From positions 44,454,001 through 44,518,000 of the forward strand of contig OX597838.1 in NCBI GenBank assembly GCA_951406725.2: a DNA stretch of 64,000 nt, read 5' to 3'. The notes beneath the pieces were generated by a model. It saw nothing but the letters and a program-made list of their open reading frames with translations, was not told the DNA's origin and did no database searches. Each line of letters starts with the position of its first letter. Position 1 is the first letter of the stretch. This DNA comes from Octopus vulgaris. Lineage: Eukaryota. Shown piece by piece: positions 1 to 12,330 of the stretch. Made by a program: the position numbers and the translations under genes.

Positions 1-66
1 TGTATGTATGTATGTATGTATGTATGTATCTATGTATGTATGTATGTATGTATGTATGTTTGTATG

Positions 67-97
<31 letters not shown>

Positions 98-98
98 G
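1..98. repeat. (TATG)n / (TA)n microsatellite
   Basis: Directly visible tandem repeats. Confidence 0.95.
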
Positions 99-217
99 AG
101 GGCATTATTACACATACATGCCACACGCTAAGAGGGACATTAGTCATTTCTACCAAAAAATTTTACTAATCCTACCCAATGCAATTTTTCAAAGCAAGAC
201 ATTTAAAAAATGAATTT

Positions 218-279
218 AGTCTTGTATCACTTGTGATTTCGTACTTACTGCAGTAGCGACCGTACTCATCAGCAAGACT
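218..279 (-). ncRNA. Type I hammerhead ribozyme, canonical core
   Basis: Minus strand reads AGUCUUG-CUGAUGA-GUAC(17 nt)GUAC-GAAA-UCAC-AA-GUGA-UA-CAAGACU. 7-bp helix I, all conserved core bases present, predicted cleavage after AUA (between 225 and 224). Confidence 0.9.
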
Positions 280-388
280 GATTCTGAACATATCATAAAT
301 AAACGACCTCGCACCGTCAAAGCCGAACAGCTATCTGCTCGATTCCAACGAAGCACATGGGGAAGTTTACATATAATACATCCGGTAA

Positions 389-1078
389 ATGGCAGGCTTC
401 TTCGAATTGCATTCGGCTTTCAATTTGGCCGTAAAGACTAATATAGGTAAGGAATTTTTGAGATTAGTCTCTAAGCATTTTAAGCAGGGTCATAAATTCT
501 ACAGAATATTTAATAGAAGAACCCTGAAGGTTAGCTATTCTTGTTGCAGAAATTTCGCCTCTTACATTAGCCAACATAATAAGAAGCTAATTGAGATTAG
601 ACATGGTGCCGAGCCCATTAAGAAATGTAATTTCAAAAACGAAAGCTCCTGTCCGTTAGAAGGGAAATGTCTAGTGAAAGGAGTAGTTTATAGAGCCAAG
701 GTGCAAGTGGAAGGCTCATCGGAATACAAGACATACACAGGGGCTTCAGAAAATTCATTTAAAACAAGATTTTATTCTCATAAAAATTCATTTAAATACC
801 CAGAGAATAGGAAGAAAACCAGCCTAGCAAAATATGTCTGGGAACTAAAAGAAAAGGAAGCCCCACCTTTCAGCGTGACATGGAGCATTCTGGACAGGGC
901 GGCACCATACAGGCATGGAGCTTACAAAAATAATTTCAAGTGCAGGCTTTGTCTATTAGAGAAAATGTACATCTTATTCAAAGACAATAATTCTTTGAAT
1001 CAAAGAAGTGAGTTAATGAACTTATGTAGGCACGCGGCTAAATTTAAAATGTCGAATATAAATATACCATATGGATAG
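389..1078 (+). CDS. C-terminal GIY-YIG endonuclease region of a Penelope-like element (Naiad-like); RT domain missing
   Basis: VKTNIGKEFL..KHF, KIFNR-like, CxFx5Cx5C (degenerate CxCx5Cx5C), VVY..TYTG (GIY-YIG), RFYSHKNSF, CRLCLLEK, NQRSE..CRH. Family homology starts near 415, so the listed Met is probably not a real start. Confidence 0.85.
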   Translation: MAGFFELHSAFNLAVKTNIGKEFLRLVSKHFKQGHKFYRIFNRRTLKVSYSCCRNFASYISQHNKKLIEIRHGAEPIKKCNFKNESSCPLEGKCLVKGVVYRAKVQVEGSSEYKTYTGASENSFKTRFYSHKNSFKYPENRKKTSLAKYVWELKEKEAPPFSVTWSILDRAAPYRHGAYKNNFKCRLCLLEKMYILFKDNNSLNQRSELMNLCRHAAKFKMSNINIPYG

Positions 1079-2157
1079 AGTATATATTTTGTATTTTTGA
1101 TTTTTGATTTTGATTTTGACTCTTGAGCGCTACGATGGATTTTGATTTTGATTTTGTTTTTGTTTTTGTTTTGTTTCCAAACTATGCGGATCTTAATCCG
1201 TATAGCAAAGTCTTATGTTTCTACATATATATTAGGAAAAACCTACAAACTTTGTTTTCATGTTATTGTATTGCATAGGATTACCTTGATTATTTATATT
1301 ACCTTGATTATTTATAAATGACCCAAAATAGGATGTTATATTTTATTTTATATGTCTTTCGTATATATTTTTTATTAATGCACCCATTTTTTAAAAGCAA
1401 TGTTTTTTAAAAAAAGCAATGTTGTCAAAATTATAATGTTTATATAAGTATGTGTATAGCAAAGCATATGTATTTGTAAGCTGCGTATCTGTGTATGTGT
1501 AAGTGAAAGTATGTTTGTGCTTAAGCACACATATACACGACGGTATGTATATGTATCCATCCAAACTTGTGTATGTATACTGGTCTCTATAGATGCCAAT
1601 AACATTGTTACACTGCTTATTTCGTTTTTTTCCCCACCCCTCCTTCATTCCTTTTTCTCTCTCTCCCTTTCTTTCGTTCCCCCTCCTTGCCCAGTATATG
1701 AGAATTGCTACATAGATGAATTTTAGCTTGCGTGCGAGACGGTTTGCGTGAATATATGTACACATGCTTTTATGTGTATATTTAAATTTATATTCATACG
1801 TCTGTATATGTATGTATGGCGTTTACGCGCATCCTTTTGTGTATGTTGATATATATATGTAGATTTTAATATAAATATGTATTGCAGTATTTATAACAGG
1901 TTTAATTTCTATGCATTAATTTGCACTGTCTTCATTAACGTCAATGGTTTTTTCCTCGGATTTTATAATTTTTATAAGTTTTTTATATATAATTTTTATA
2001 AGTTTTTATATATATATACATATATCTTTGGCCTTTTTGTTTATCGCTCGAAGATTGACCGTTTTTTCTAAAGGGCCAATCAAACAAGTCCATTTCTTTT
2101 TAAAGGTGTAGCGTTTGTAAGAGTATAGATTGAATTAATATATAAGTTCCTTTCTAG

Positions 2158-2207
2158 CAAAAACTGTCTGATGAACGGCAACGAGAAACTCAGAGTAACA
2201 GATTTTG
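2158..2207 (+). ncRNA. Minimal type I hammerhead ribozyme near the 3' end of the Penelope-like element
   Basis: CAAAAACUGU-CUGAUGA-A-CG-GCAA-CG-A-GAAA-CUC-A-GAG-UA-ACAGAUUUUG. 9 of 10 pairs in helix I, GUA cleavage triplet, very short helix II. Confidence 0.75.
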
Positions 2208-2337
2208 TTGAATTTTCTGCTGCTTAAAATAAAGTATATATATATATATATATATATATACATAAATATATATATATACATGATAGATCGGTAACCACTA
2301 CGCACATTTTTTTCTCTCCTTGTTTTTTTCTCTGTCC

Positions 2338-2373
2338 CTTTCTGTAGAAGAGCGTAGGCTCGAAACGTAAGAG
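2338..2373 (+). ncRNA. Degenerate minimal hammerhead-like motif
   Basis: CUUU-CUGUAGA-A-GAGC-GUAG-GCUC-GAAAC-GUA-AGAG; A6 is replaced by U. Confidence 0.45.
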
Positions 2374-3171
2374 ACCTTTTCAATTCCTGAGCGTTATACT
2401 AATACATCTGTTTGTTTTCTACACCGCCTGTCTTCGTTTTTTGTTCTGTGAGATTACCGTGGTTTTCTCGTCCATAAACCGCTTACTTTTACGGAGTTTC
2501 TTATGACCCTAATGGCCGGTGACCTGTAACCTTCCTTCAAAGTGAAGGAAGAAAAGACCTAGTAGTTAATTGCTAAACACAGGGACATACGAATTTTGCG
2601 TTGGTCAATACTTGTTAAATATACACTGGAAAATACGCTAACATCCATCTTTTACTCAATACTAACGGTAAATGTAGGATATTCAACTTTTAATTAGATG
2701 TAGGATGTCAGTTATCGATTTCTGTTAAATGTAATGTATAAATCTTACACTTACTTTTCCCTAAAATAGAAAGGTACTTGACTCATATTTAGGAACTTGT
2801 ATTTTTTATGACAAATATCGTTATTCAAATCCACACATTAAACGCATTGTCTAAACTTCAACGAAAACCCAACATTTTCTGATTCAGAAAACTTTGACAG
2901 CTTTCTTGAAATAGATGATTATATTTCGGAGTCAAGATTGGTCCCATCTGCTGGAATTATTGACACTTGGGGCGTATACGAATATGATAATATTGGATCT
3001 TTCTATTATACGCACAAAGCCTGCAATTTAGTGGGAGGTTGGTTAGTCGATTATATTCGTCCCTAGTTGTGAACGGGCAATGATTTTGTGGATCCGGAAA
3101 AGATGGAAGGACAATTTGACCATGGTGGGATTTGAAACCTGGAACATAGAACAAAGTTGACAAAAATTTCA

Positions 3172-3665
3172 AAGTAGCTTGCTTACCAACCACATGGTTC
3201 CGGGTTAAGTCCCACTGCGTGTCACCTTCGGCAAGTGTCTTCTACTATAGCCTCGGGTCGACCAAAGCCTTGTGAGTGGATTTGACAGACGGAAACTGAA
3301 AGAAGGTTGTCGTATGTATGTATGTATGTATGTATGTATGTATGTATGTATGTATGTATGTATGTATGTATGTATGTATGTGTGCATGTATGTATGTATG
3401 TGTGTATGTATGTATATATGTATGTGTGTATGTATGTAAGCATGTATTTGGGTATCTGTGTTTGTCCCCCACCATCACTTGCTGTGAACACACCAATCGA
3501 TGTTGGTGTGTTTACATTCCCGTAACTTAGTGGTTCGGTAAAAGAGAACCGATAGAATAAGTAGTAGGCTTACAAAGCATAAGTCCTGGGGTCGATGTGT
3601 TCGACTAAAGGCGGTGCTCCAGTATGGTCACAAATGATTGAATCAAGTATAAGAATACAAGAATG
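3172..3665 (+). mobile_element. tRNA-derived SINE family A with internal microsatellite
   Basis: Head ...CATGGTTCCGGGTTAAGTCCC (B-box-like), (TATG)n centre, tail GGGGTCGA..GACTAAAGGCGGTGCTCCAG; the same sequence recurs at 24915, 32518, 35290 and 62848. Confidence 0.85.
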
Positions 3666-3759
3666 TAAGCCAAGGCGGGGTTGAAATGTCATTTATTACG
3701 TCACGATAACCCTCATGATACGCATTCATCAAATTAAAACACTGATCACAATTCTATAA

Positions 3760-3774
3760 GTACACAACACACAC

Positions 3775-3816
<42 letters not shown>

Positions 3817-3980
3817 ACACGCATGGACACACACTCACACGCACACACGCACACACGCACACACGCACACACACATGCACACACACACACACGCACACAC
3901 ACTCGCACACACAGACACACACGCACACGTACACACACGCACACACACACACGCGCGCGCACGCACACACACACACACAC
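3760..3980. repeat. (CA)n/(CACG)n microsatellite
   Basis: Directly visible. Confidence 0.95.
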
Positions 3981-4044
3981 TGAACACTATCCTGAGAATC
4001 AACTATTTATGAAAGTTTTAATCAGAAAATAAGCTTTCCAATAA

Positions 4045-5562
4045 CACTGGTTTACCAATTTCTGTTTTACTCTGAAGCAAAGATGTGAATAGGTGTTTTT
4101 TTTTCTAATTTTGATGTGGTGAATTCGATTTTTTAAACAGATTTGCTCTATCACCTATAGTCTTTTTCTTCTTTTCACATATCCCACTTTAATTATATTG
4201 CATATAAATTCAAAACGTGTTTATTTCATCTGTTACAATGGTATATTACAGAAAAAAGAAGCAGCATGGATACAGAACATCGATAGAACTAAATTACCTG
4301 AATAATAACAATACACAAATCATAGTAGAGCAGACAGTTATAAGCGAGTCTTTTTGGACGACCTTGTGTACTTTGCCGCCAGGATGTCACGCAAGAGCAT
4401 CCAGCAAAAGTCCCTCATCATGCTGGGGTTCCACTTGTCTTGGTAGTTACTCCCTATCTTAGTAATATCTTGGCTGAACCTTTCTCCATGCTCATCCCTC
4501 ACTGCTCCGAGCTTCAGAGGGAAGAACTTGAGGTGGAAGTGGAGAAAGTGAATTTTGATTCGGCATCCTATATCCTCATATAACTGTAACAAGGATAATC
4601 TAATACACGTGTGTTATCAAGGAAGCCATGGCAGACTGACTTAAATGCTTCTCATTCTCTCAGTTCCTTTAAGGTATGGAGCTCCTCAAAGTCCTTATCC
4701 TTCAGCACCTCTTGGATTTGAGGTCCGACGAAGCTGCTCTCTTTGAGCTTAGCAGAACTCAGAGCTGGGAACAGAGTGCACAAAGGTTGGAAGGCAGTGC
4801 CATTTTTGTCCATGGCCTTCACGAAATTCTTCATTAAACCAAGTTTGATATGAAGAGAAGGAAGAAGCACCTTGTTCATGCCCAACGGAGAATTTTCTTG
4901 GACACTATGTTCACCAGGGGGGGAAGATCATTATTTGATGGGTGTGTGTAAAGATAGAGACATCATCTGAGTGAAAAACAGGTCTCAAAGCTGAGAAAGG
5001 TTGGGATATTTGATCTTTGTTATAGAATGCATAGAAACCTGTTATATTCGTTAGACAAAAATAACAATCATCTGCATGGTTCCGTGGCTATCTCCAGATT
5101 ATCGAGACAGCAAATTTGAAGCCAAGCTAAAACCATGTTAAAACCTGCAAAGTTAAACCATGCAATTAGTCCATTGTAGCAGGGTTAACAACAAATGTGT
5201 GGGGCCCAACGTTTCTCCTGATCTCCAATTTTACAGCCAAAATTATGAAAGTAAGTAGTTCTCTGGATGGACGTAATTATTCGGCGCGGTGCAACTGTCG
5301 CGAAATCTCCCCCCCCCCCACCACACACAGACGTAGCAGAATGAATTTGCCTCGTTGATGCATCGTCGGTGTTTTGAAGAGCCTGAAGCCATTGTAGAGA
5401 TATGTATCATATGTATCACAATAAATTTGGTAAACAAAATAAAAACTGATCATAAAACTAGAGGCGATGAGTGAAAACTGGTTTTGTATCTGAAATCTGC
5501 ACCCCAAAATTAGGCAAGAACAACTATTTTTCAGTTCGCCTCAATTTGTCTGTAAACCAGTC
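4045..5562 (-). mobile_element. Internally deleted Chapaev3-like (CMC) DNA transposon with transposase pseudogene
   Basis: Termini CACTGGTTTAC / GTAAACCAGTC flanked by TAA on both sides. Minus-strand peptides RRCINEANSFCYVC, LHIKLGLMKNFVKA..FVGPQI and KIHFLH..DEHGERFSQDI..DFCW lie in different frames. The superfamily name is from recognition of these motifs. Confidence 0.8.
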
Positions 5563-6312
5563 TAATCTGAATCCGTAAGAATTCAAATCTTTATGCATCA
5601 AAGCGTCCCTTTTGCCTGTTCGTCTCTTTTCTTTCCATTCGTACCGTATGTAACCATAAAACACTGTATTTAGTAAGACGAATGAGGTATACAATCATTG
5701 GGTTCGTTCTATTCTTTGCCACAATATATGGCAACTGTCGTCACGTAAGATGTGAGACTCCTGGTTATTTTATTAAACAAAGATTAATATATAGGGAAAT
5801 CGGTGAAGCAATGAATATGACGCTTGAGATAAAAATTTGGAGTAAAAATGATTTCGTCTAAAAGTACAATAGAACAATAAAGTATGCATTTAAAACAACG
5901 AAAATATAAATACTGAAACAAAACTGTAACGCCAAAGACAGGGTGAGCTAAAAAGAATGTTGAACACTATGATATAAAGATAACAGACAACTGCCATTAG
6001 AACGATCTAGCAATTAAATAAAAAATATCTAAAGAAACAAAGTTACGACAGAGAATTTAATAATTGTAAAAGTAAAATGCCTGGGAATAGGAGAGAGAAA
6101 TATGAGGAATAATACTACTGGAACGGATATTGATATTATTACAATATTACATGGGGACTAATATAACAGCATGAACTATAGAGTCGAAAATTCTTCTTAA
6201 AAGTAATAACGTATAAATTGATGACGCCGAAATCATATCAAATTACGAAAAGGTTTAAAGTTATAATACCAGACTCATATATTATATCGAATAAGGATAC
6301 AGAACACCTGTA

Positions 6313-6318
6313 ATATAC

Positions 6319-6385
<67 letters not shown>

Positions 6386-6515
6386 TATATATACATACAT
6401 ATATCTACATATATATACATATATATATACACATATATATTACATTATATATTATATATATAATACATATAATACATATATATTACATTATATATATAAT
6501 ATATATATATATATC
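6313..6515. repeat. (TA)n-rich low-complexity tract
   Basis: Directly visible. Confidence 0.9.
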
Positions 6516-8580
6516 CATTTATAACATCTAACAACATATATATACGTTGTAAATTTAATACAACTTACGTTAAATATATGAAGACTCGACTGGTCACATA
6601 CACCTAGGTGTAGGTAGATATTTAACAACCGTGTGCTGTCAAATATAACTATAGCTAAATTTATAAAATTTAACTCATTATGTACAATATGTATAATTCA
6701 CCTGCTCCTGTAGCAAAGAGAATATTCTAGGCTATTGTATGGTCGCTAATAGTTCAATTGAACCCCTTGATTTCTTCTCACTCCTGCTGAGAAAACGTCA
6801 ATATTAAACGTTAATATTCTTCGAAAGAAATGAATATTAATGTCAACCACACCTTTTTATATATTAATGAATAAGTGTGTTCACGACATGGAGTAGCTGT
6901 CAGAGCTGAACAAAACATTCTCATGGGACTGAAGAAAATTAGATTAGGATTAATGTTCAGCCTTAGTTGTCAACCGAAGAAAGAGTATTGACCAGATAAG
7001 GAATATGGATTTCAATAACCTGTCTATATCCGCATGTTCGTCACCCACATTACGTAAATATTAAATATCACTTGAAAATTCCAGATCAATACTGACACTG
7101 ATATTATCTCTGATCGTTGAAGAGATGCATGCAGAGATATTCGACCAGTTCAAATAGAATTTTATTGCTGTATCATTTCACTTAGACAAAACCCACCGAA
7201 CAATGTAGACAACGTGAACAGAAGAGTGAAAATAATAACAATTTGAGAGTTTGTGAAGAACTCTTGACGATGTATTCAGTTGAAATATAAGAACGAATCA
7301 AGACCAGTTGTATTTAAAACGAAACAATGCATTCTAGAACAAACAGTGTCGTATAACATGAATTCTTCATTCAAAATTTCGTAGTAAGATGTATTTAAAT
7401 GAAAAATCGATTAAAGTATTTCAAGACTCACGTGTTTTAAAAGATAAAGATACACCTGTAAATATTTACTTTGTAATTACTTTCTGCCAGAGTATAGCGC
7501 CAACATTTTAGTTCTGCTTTACATTTTGAAGCCCATTTCGCTTCTACTTTATGTTTTCCGTTTAATAATTTTCTCAAATTTCTTTGTGTTTACTTTTCTT
7601 TCCATTCTGCCTCTTGAGTTCTTCCCAGCCATCAAAACCGTCGTTTTTACTTCTTCTTATACGCAAAAGCTGTATTATCAACCCTCCTACTATTGTGTAA
7701 TGTTTCAAGCTTTCAATAAACTGTAATCAATCAATCAATGAGTCTGTCTATCTACCCCTTCATCTATTAATAGATTGATATTTAGACTGATGCAGCCTTT
7801 CCAGGTAGGTAGATAGGTAGGTGAGCTTGTATTTTATAACTCTGATCATAAGTTGTTCTACCAGGATAGAGACTGACTTCGGGGGCTAATCAAAATCAAC
7901 AATCAAGTGGTAGAACCTACTAATTAGCAGACTCTTTACTTTTCTTCATTCTTACCGAATTAAAACGTTATGCATAAATTACAACTTCCAGATAGACATG
8001 TTGCGTAATTCTGTTAAGATATACATGGACAATTGGAAGTCGATACTAGCCATTTAGTAGTGCAAGGTAAGTCAATTATGTTTGTTCTATTTACTCTCCT
8101 TTTCACTGCGTTTGCCTTCAGGTACGTAGCGGAATGGAATCAAAGCGCTATTTTAGGGCAGTCATGCATGAATGTTAAGTAGAAATATATCACACATTAA
8201 CTCGCCATTATGCACCCTTCAGTAAAAGACAAGAACTGCATTCCATATACCGACATAGATTTATTACCTTATGAAATGCTCCATCGAACCAGAAAAAGCA
8301 AAATTTAAAAATTACGCGGAGTGATACACATGCAACACGCACACACGCACGCACGCACACACGCACACATACATACGCATTATCACATTGCATTCCTGTG
8401 TAAAACATGTGATACACAGAATGTATTCCCTGGCGCACATTTTTTTAACCACCGGAGTAACTTGGAACGTCTGAAAAGAAAGCATAAGATTACTAAGAAT
8501 GTATGCAACAACGGCTTACTAAAAGGCAGAAAACGAGCATGAACGGTTAGCAGAAACATAAAAATGTTTTAGAGACGCAC

Positions 8581-8951
<371 letters not shown>

Positions 8952-9391
8952 CGAAACTTGTTGCAACAAATTCAAAAACTTATTAACCAGTAATTTTTTT
9001 CAACCGCTGTATACAACGTTTATTCATAATCAACGTGACCAATTAGTCGACATCCTAAAAGCTATACAACCGAAAATTCCATTGAGGATTCGAAAACAGG
9101 ATATGAATAACAAATACAAATAAGAAAGATCCATCCGCTGATTGACTTTGGTCAGATTGATACTTAGGTAACGAAGCCGTGAAATTTAAACCTTTTAACA
9201 TACGAATAAATACTGTGGATACAAGAGAATGCATTACACTGGCGGTAAATTGTTTCGTAACATGCTTTGGAGAAACAAATGCTTACAAACACATAAATAT
9301 ATAGATATAAATATATCTACAAATATACACACACATACGCATAAATATATATACATAATACATACATAGATACATACATACATGTTTACAC

Positions 9392-9444
<53 letters not shown>

Positions 9445-9644
9445 GTTTTATGCACAGCCATATATATATATAGATATAGGTATATAAAATATACGCGCAT
9501 ATAAATTAATATTCAACTACACACGCGCATACATACCATTTATACATGCGTGTGTGTGTCTGTGCGTATGTATGTATGTGTGTGAGGCAATAAAGAGATA
9601 ATCTGATTTCACATATTTTTAGCTCCTAGTATTTACCCATGTAT

Positions 9645-9845
9645 AAGGCGGAGAGCTGGCACAATCATTACTGTACCGGACAATATGCTTAGCGACATCT
9701 TTTCCGACTTTACGTTCTGCGTTCGAATGCCGCCAGGATCGACTTTGCCTTTCATCCATTCAAGTCCCATTTTAGCATCGGGGTCGATGTAATCGACTTG
9801 CTCTTCCCGCGTAAATACTGGCTTTGTGCCAAAAACTTTGAAACT
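9645..9845 (+). mobile_element. tRNA-derived SINE family B, decayed copy
   Basis: AAGGCGGAGAGCTGGCA head, GTTCGAAT B box, GACTTTGCCTTTCATCC core. Confidence 0.75.
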
Positions 9846-10050
9846 AATATATACTCATGTCTCATATACGTATGTTCTACATACAGACACTCTTTTCCTT
9901 TCAGACATCTCACTCACAAATCGTTACTAACGGCACATGATCAATATACATTTCTCCTCACCAGCAGGAGTTCGATTATTATCAGCCCTATATCAATCCT
10001 TGTTCAACATGTCCACTGCAGGATCAAAAACATGCTTATCACCTCTTCTG

Positions 10051-10396
10051 TTATTGCCTCCGCCTTCGCTAAGGCGGAGGTATTGTTTTCAGTCCTGCTT
10101 GTTCGTTTGTTTGTCCCTGGACAAAAAATCTCAAGAACCATAAGATGGATTCGGATGAAACTTTCAGAGATGTTTGGCCTCGTGACTGGCACGAACTGAT
10201 AAGATTTTGGATTCGATCCGGTATCGGACAAGGACTCTGGATTATTTTTCCTTCTTTTTTTTTTGTTGCTTAATTTTTGAGAGTGGTCGGGTTCAGTGAA
10301 GCAGTGAAGCTTATTTCAGATATTCTCATTTTAAAAATTATCTCCGTCCAATCGTTGAGAGGACATTGGTGTTGCGCTCTCCAAGTACTCTTGTTT
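10051..10396 (+). mobile_element. Helentron-associated (HINE/DINE-like) non-autonomous element
   Basis: Starts TTATTGCCTCCGCC..GGCGGAGG (subterminal hairpin), has (GTTT)/(GTCT)-like repeats and GGATTCGGATGAAACTT, ends GCGCTCTCCAAGTACTCTTGTT. Confidence 0.65.
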
Positions 10397-10992
10397 CTTC
10401 TTAGTTTACATTTTTTATGTGTTTTCTTTATTTGACTGAGACTATACTGGTTGACACAACCTTGTTTTTTTAGTTGCTACAATTTGGTTGCAGTATATCT
10501 GTAAAATCTGGAACTTATGAACATCTCCTTTCGGCGAACGACTTAGTCACGTGGTGTAAAACATTCTAACAGCGCTTGTCAAACAGTGAGGGACAATTAA
10601 CGGCAAAAAGATAACCCCCACACACACACACACAGACACACAGACACAGGCGTGTGCAAATTCACACACATACATACACACAGAGACACACATATACACA
10701 CAAAAATATGCCTCTATGCATATATACATGTTTGTGAGTGTGTATCCATGGATATTCATAAGTATACACACACGCACATCGACACAAGCACATCACAAAC
10801 GCACGCGCACACACATATTTATACGCATATCTATAAAGTTAAACCATTTTAAACTTTTACTGACAGGAGGGAAATAAAAGTACAAAGAAATATTTGCACT
10901 AAAATTATTATGAACAGAATATAGGAAGATAATTATTTCATAAGCCCTCTGCTCCCAGCAGCAGCAATAGCAGTAGTAGTATTGATTATATG

Positions 10993-11091
10993 TGGTGGTG
11001 GTGGTGGTGGTAGTGGTGGTGGTGGTGGTAGTGGTGGTGGTGGTGGTGGTGGTGGTGGTGGTGGTGGTGGTAGTGGTAGTGGTGGTAGTGG

Positions 11092-11122
<31 letters not shown>

Positions 11123-11135
11123 GGTAGTGCTGGTG
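10993..11135. repeat. (GGT)n/(AGT) trinucleotide repeat
   Basis: Directly visible; explains the poly-Gly and poly-His ORFs. Confidence 0.95.
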
Positions 11136-12236
11136 CATGTAGGATATTAATTGCTCCTTGTTTTTGCTACCATCGTTACAGGTATAGTACATGTGACTTT
11201 TGTAGGAAAAGTTAATCAACTTTATATCTCGTATTTTGTCATAGCTTGTAATATTTAAGTTCCACTACAGCGAAGGTAAAATTAACGGTTCGACAAAGAG
11301 TAGTATATATTCAATAAACTAATACAATATACTAATTATCTCCCCTCGTTAAGTTGCCTACGAGCCAACAGAAAACGTACCACCAGCTTCGCTTGCTATT
11401 TTTCTCACGTTGTTTTATCATTTCAAACAAACACTTGAAGGAAATAATTATTCTGCTTGTATGCTATTTTTATTTTTTGTTTCTGCTTGGTTTTCTTCTT
11501 ATTTTTTTTTTATTCTTCTGCTATAATATTGAGATCAATCGAAAAATAGCATATTATTTGTGTGAGATATTTCGCATCTCAACGTTTTGCCAAATAAACT
11601 TTGGAAGTAAGTCTCTTTGTTTCTCAGCATAGTTAATGATAACGATACAAAAATATATAAATATAAAGAAAAATATGGGAATTGGTGTTAGAAAATATAA
11701 AACCAAAAAATTAAAGCAAAAACTAGTAAAATATAAAATCAAACAATTCAATCGAAAATAATAAAATATTGTAAACTACTTTATGAAATGAAACTTAAAA
11801 AATGAAAATTATGGAAAGATTTGTCTTTATATTTTGAGAGCGATCAATATGAATAAGTTAAGGCCTCACATCAAAAGCAAGGATATTGCTGTTTGCCGTC
11901 CGTTATATTTCAAAAGAAAGCAAAGTTAATTTAGATATTTTTAATGTAGGTATTTGCTATTAGTCTTTTTGCGCGGATAAAGATTTTATATTAATATATG
12001 TACATCCACATACTGAGAGTTATTCATGGCTACACTATCAAATAAGCCGCAATTATGTATGCAATACATAAAAGCTGCTGCTATGAGCAGGTATAAATAT
12101 CGCAAGCCCTCAGAAAAGAGGAGCCGAAAGAAAGACTATACGATTATACATAATTGCTGAAAAATACTAAAAAGTGATCTGATGCAAAAAATACGAAAAA
12201 CACATGAGTGTTTACTTGTATTTCTTTCAGTTGATA

Positions 12237-12330
12237 TACGATGGGGGTGCCGAAAAGTTCTTGGCTATAGGTAAAAGAAAATACAATAGGATCAGTTAAT
12301 TATGATTTTATTAAACATATTCCCCTCATA
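12237..12330. mobile_element. Possible Tc1/mariner terminal fragment
   Basis: TA-CGATGGGGGTGCCGAAAAGTT.. resembles a mariner TIR; no partner end found. Confidence 0.35.

Larger units (their letters stand above)
99..2234 (+). mobile_element. 5'-truncated Penelope-like element (endonuclease half plus AT-rich 3' region/pLTR), bounded by (TA)n tracts
   Basis: GIY-YIG ORF at 389-1078, hammerhead motifs at 218-279 (-) and 2158-2207 (+), (TA)n at 65-98 and from 2235. Confidence 0.75.

Noticed and set aside
4-213. MYVC/YIYI/THTH-type ORFs here and throughout the window
   Set aside because: Translations of (TATG)n, (TA)n and (CA)n microsatellites, which lack stops in some frames
2168-2203. SECIS-like ATGA..AAA..GA spacing in the Penelope 3' region
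   Set aside because: 3' spacer too short and no SECIS helix pairing; the hammerhead fold explains it, and the ORF has no in-frame TGA
10982-11219. Poly-Gly / poly-His ORFs
   Set aside because: Pure (GGT)n microsatellite with no flanking coding signal
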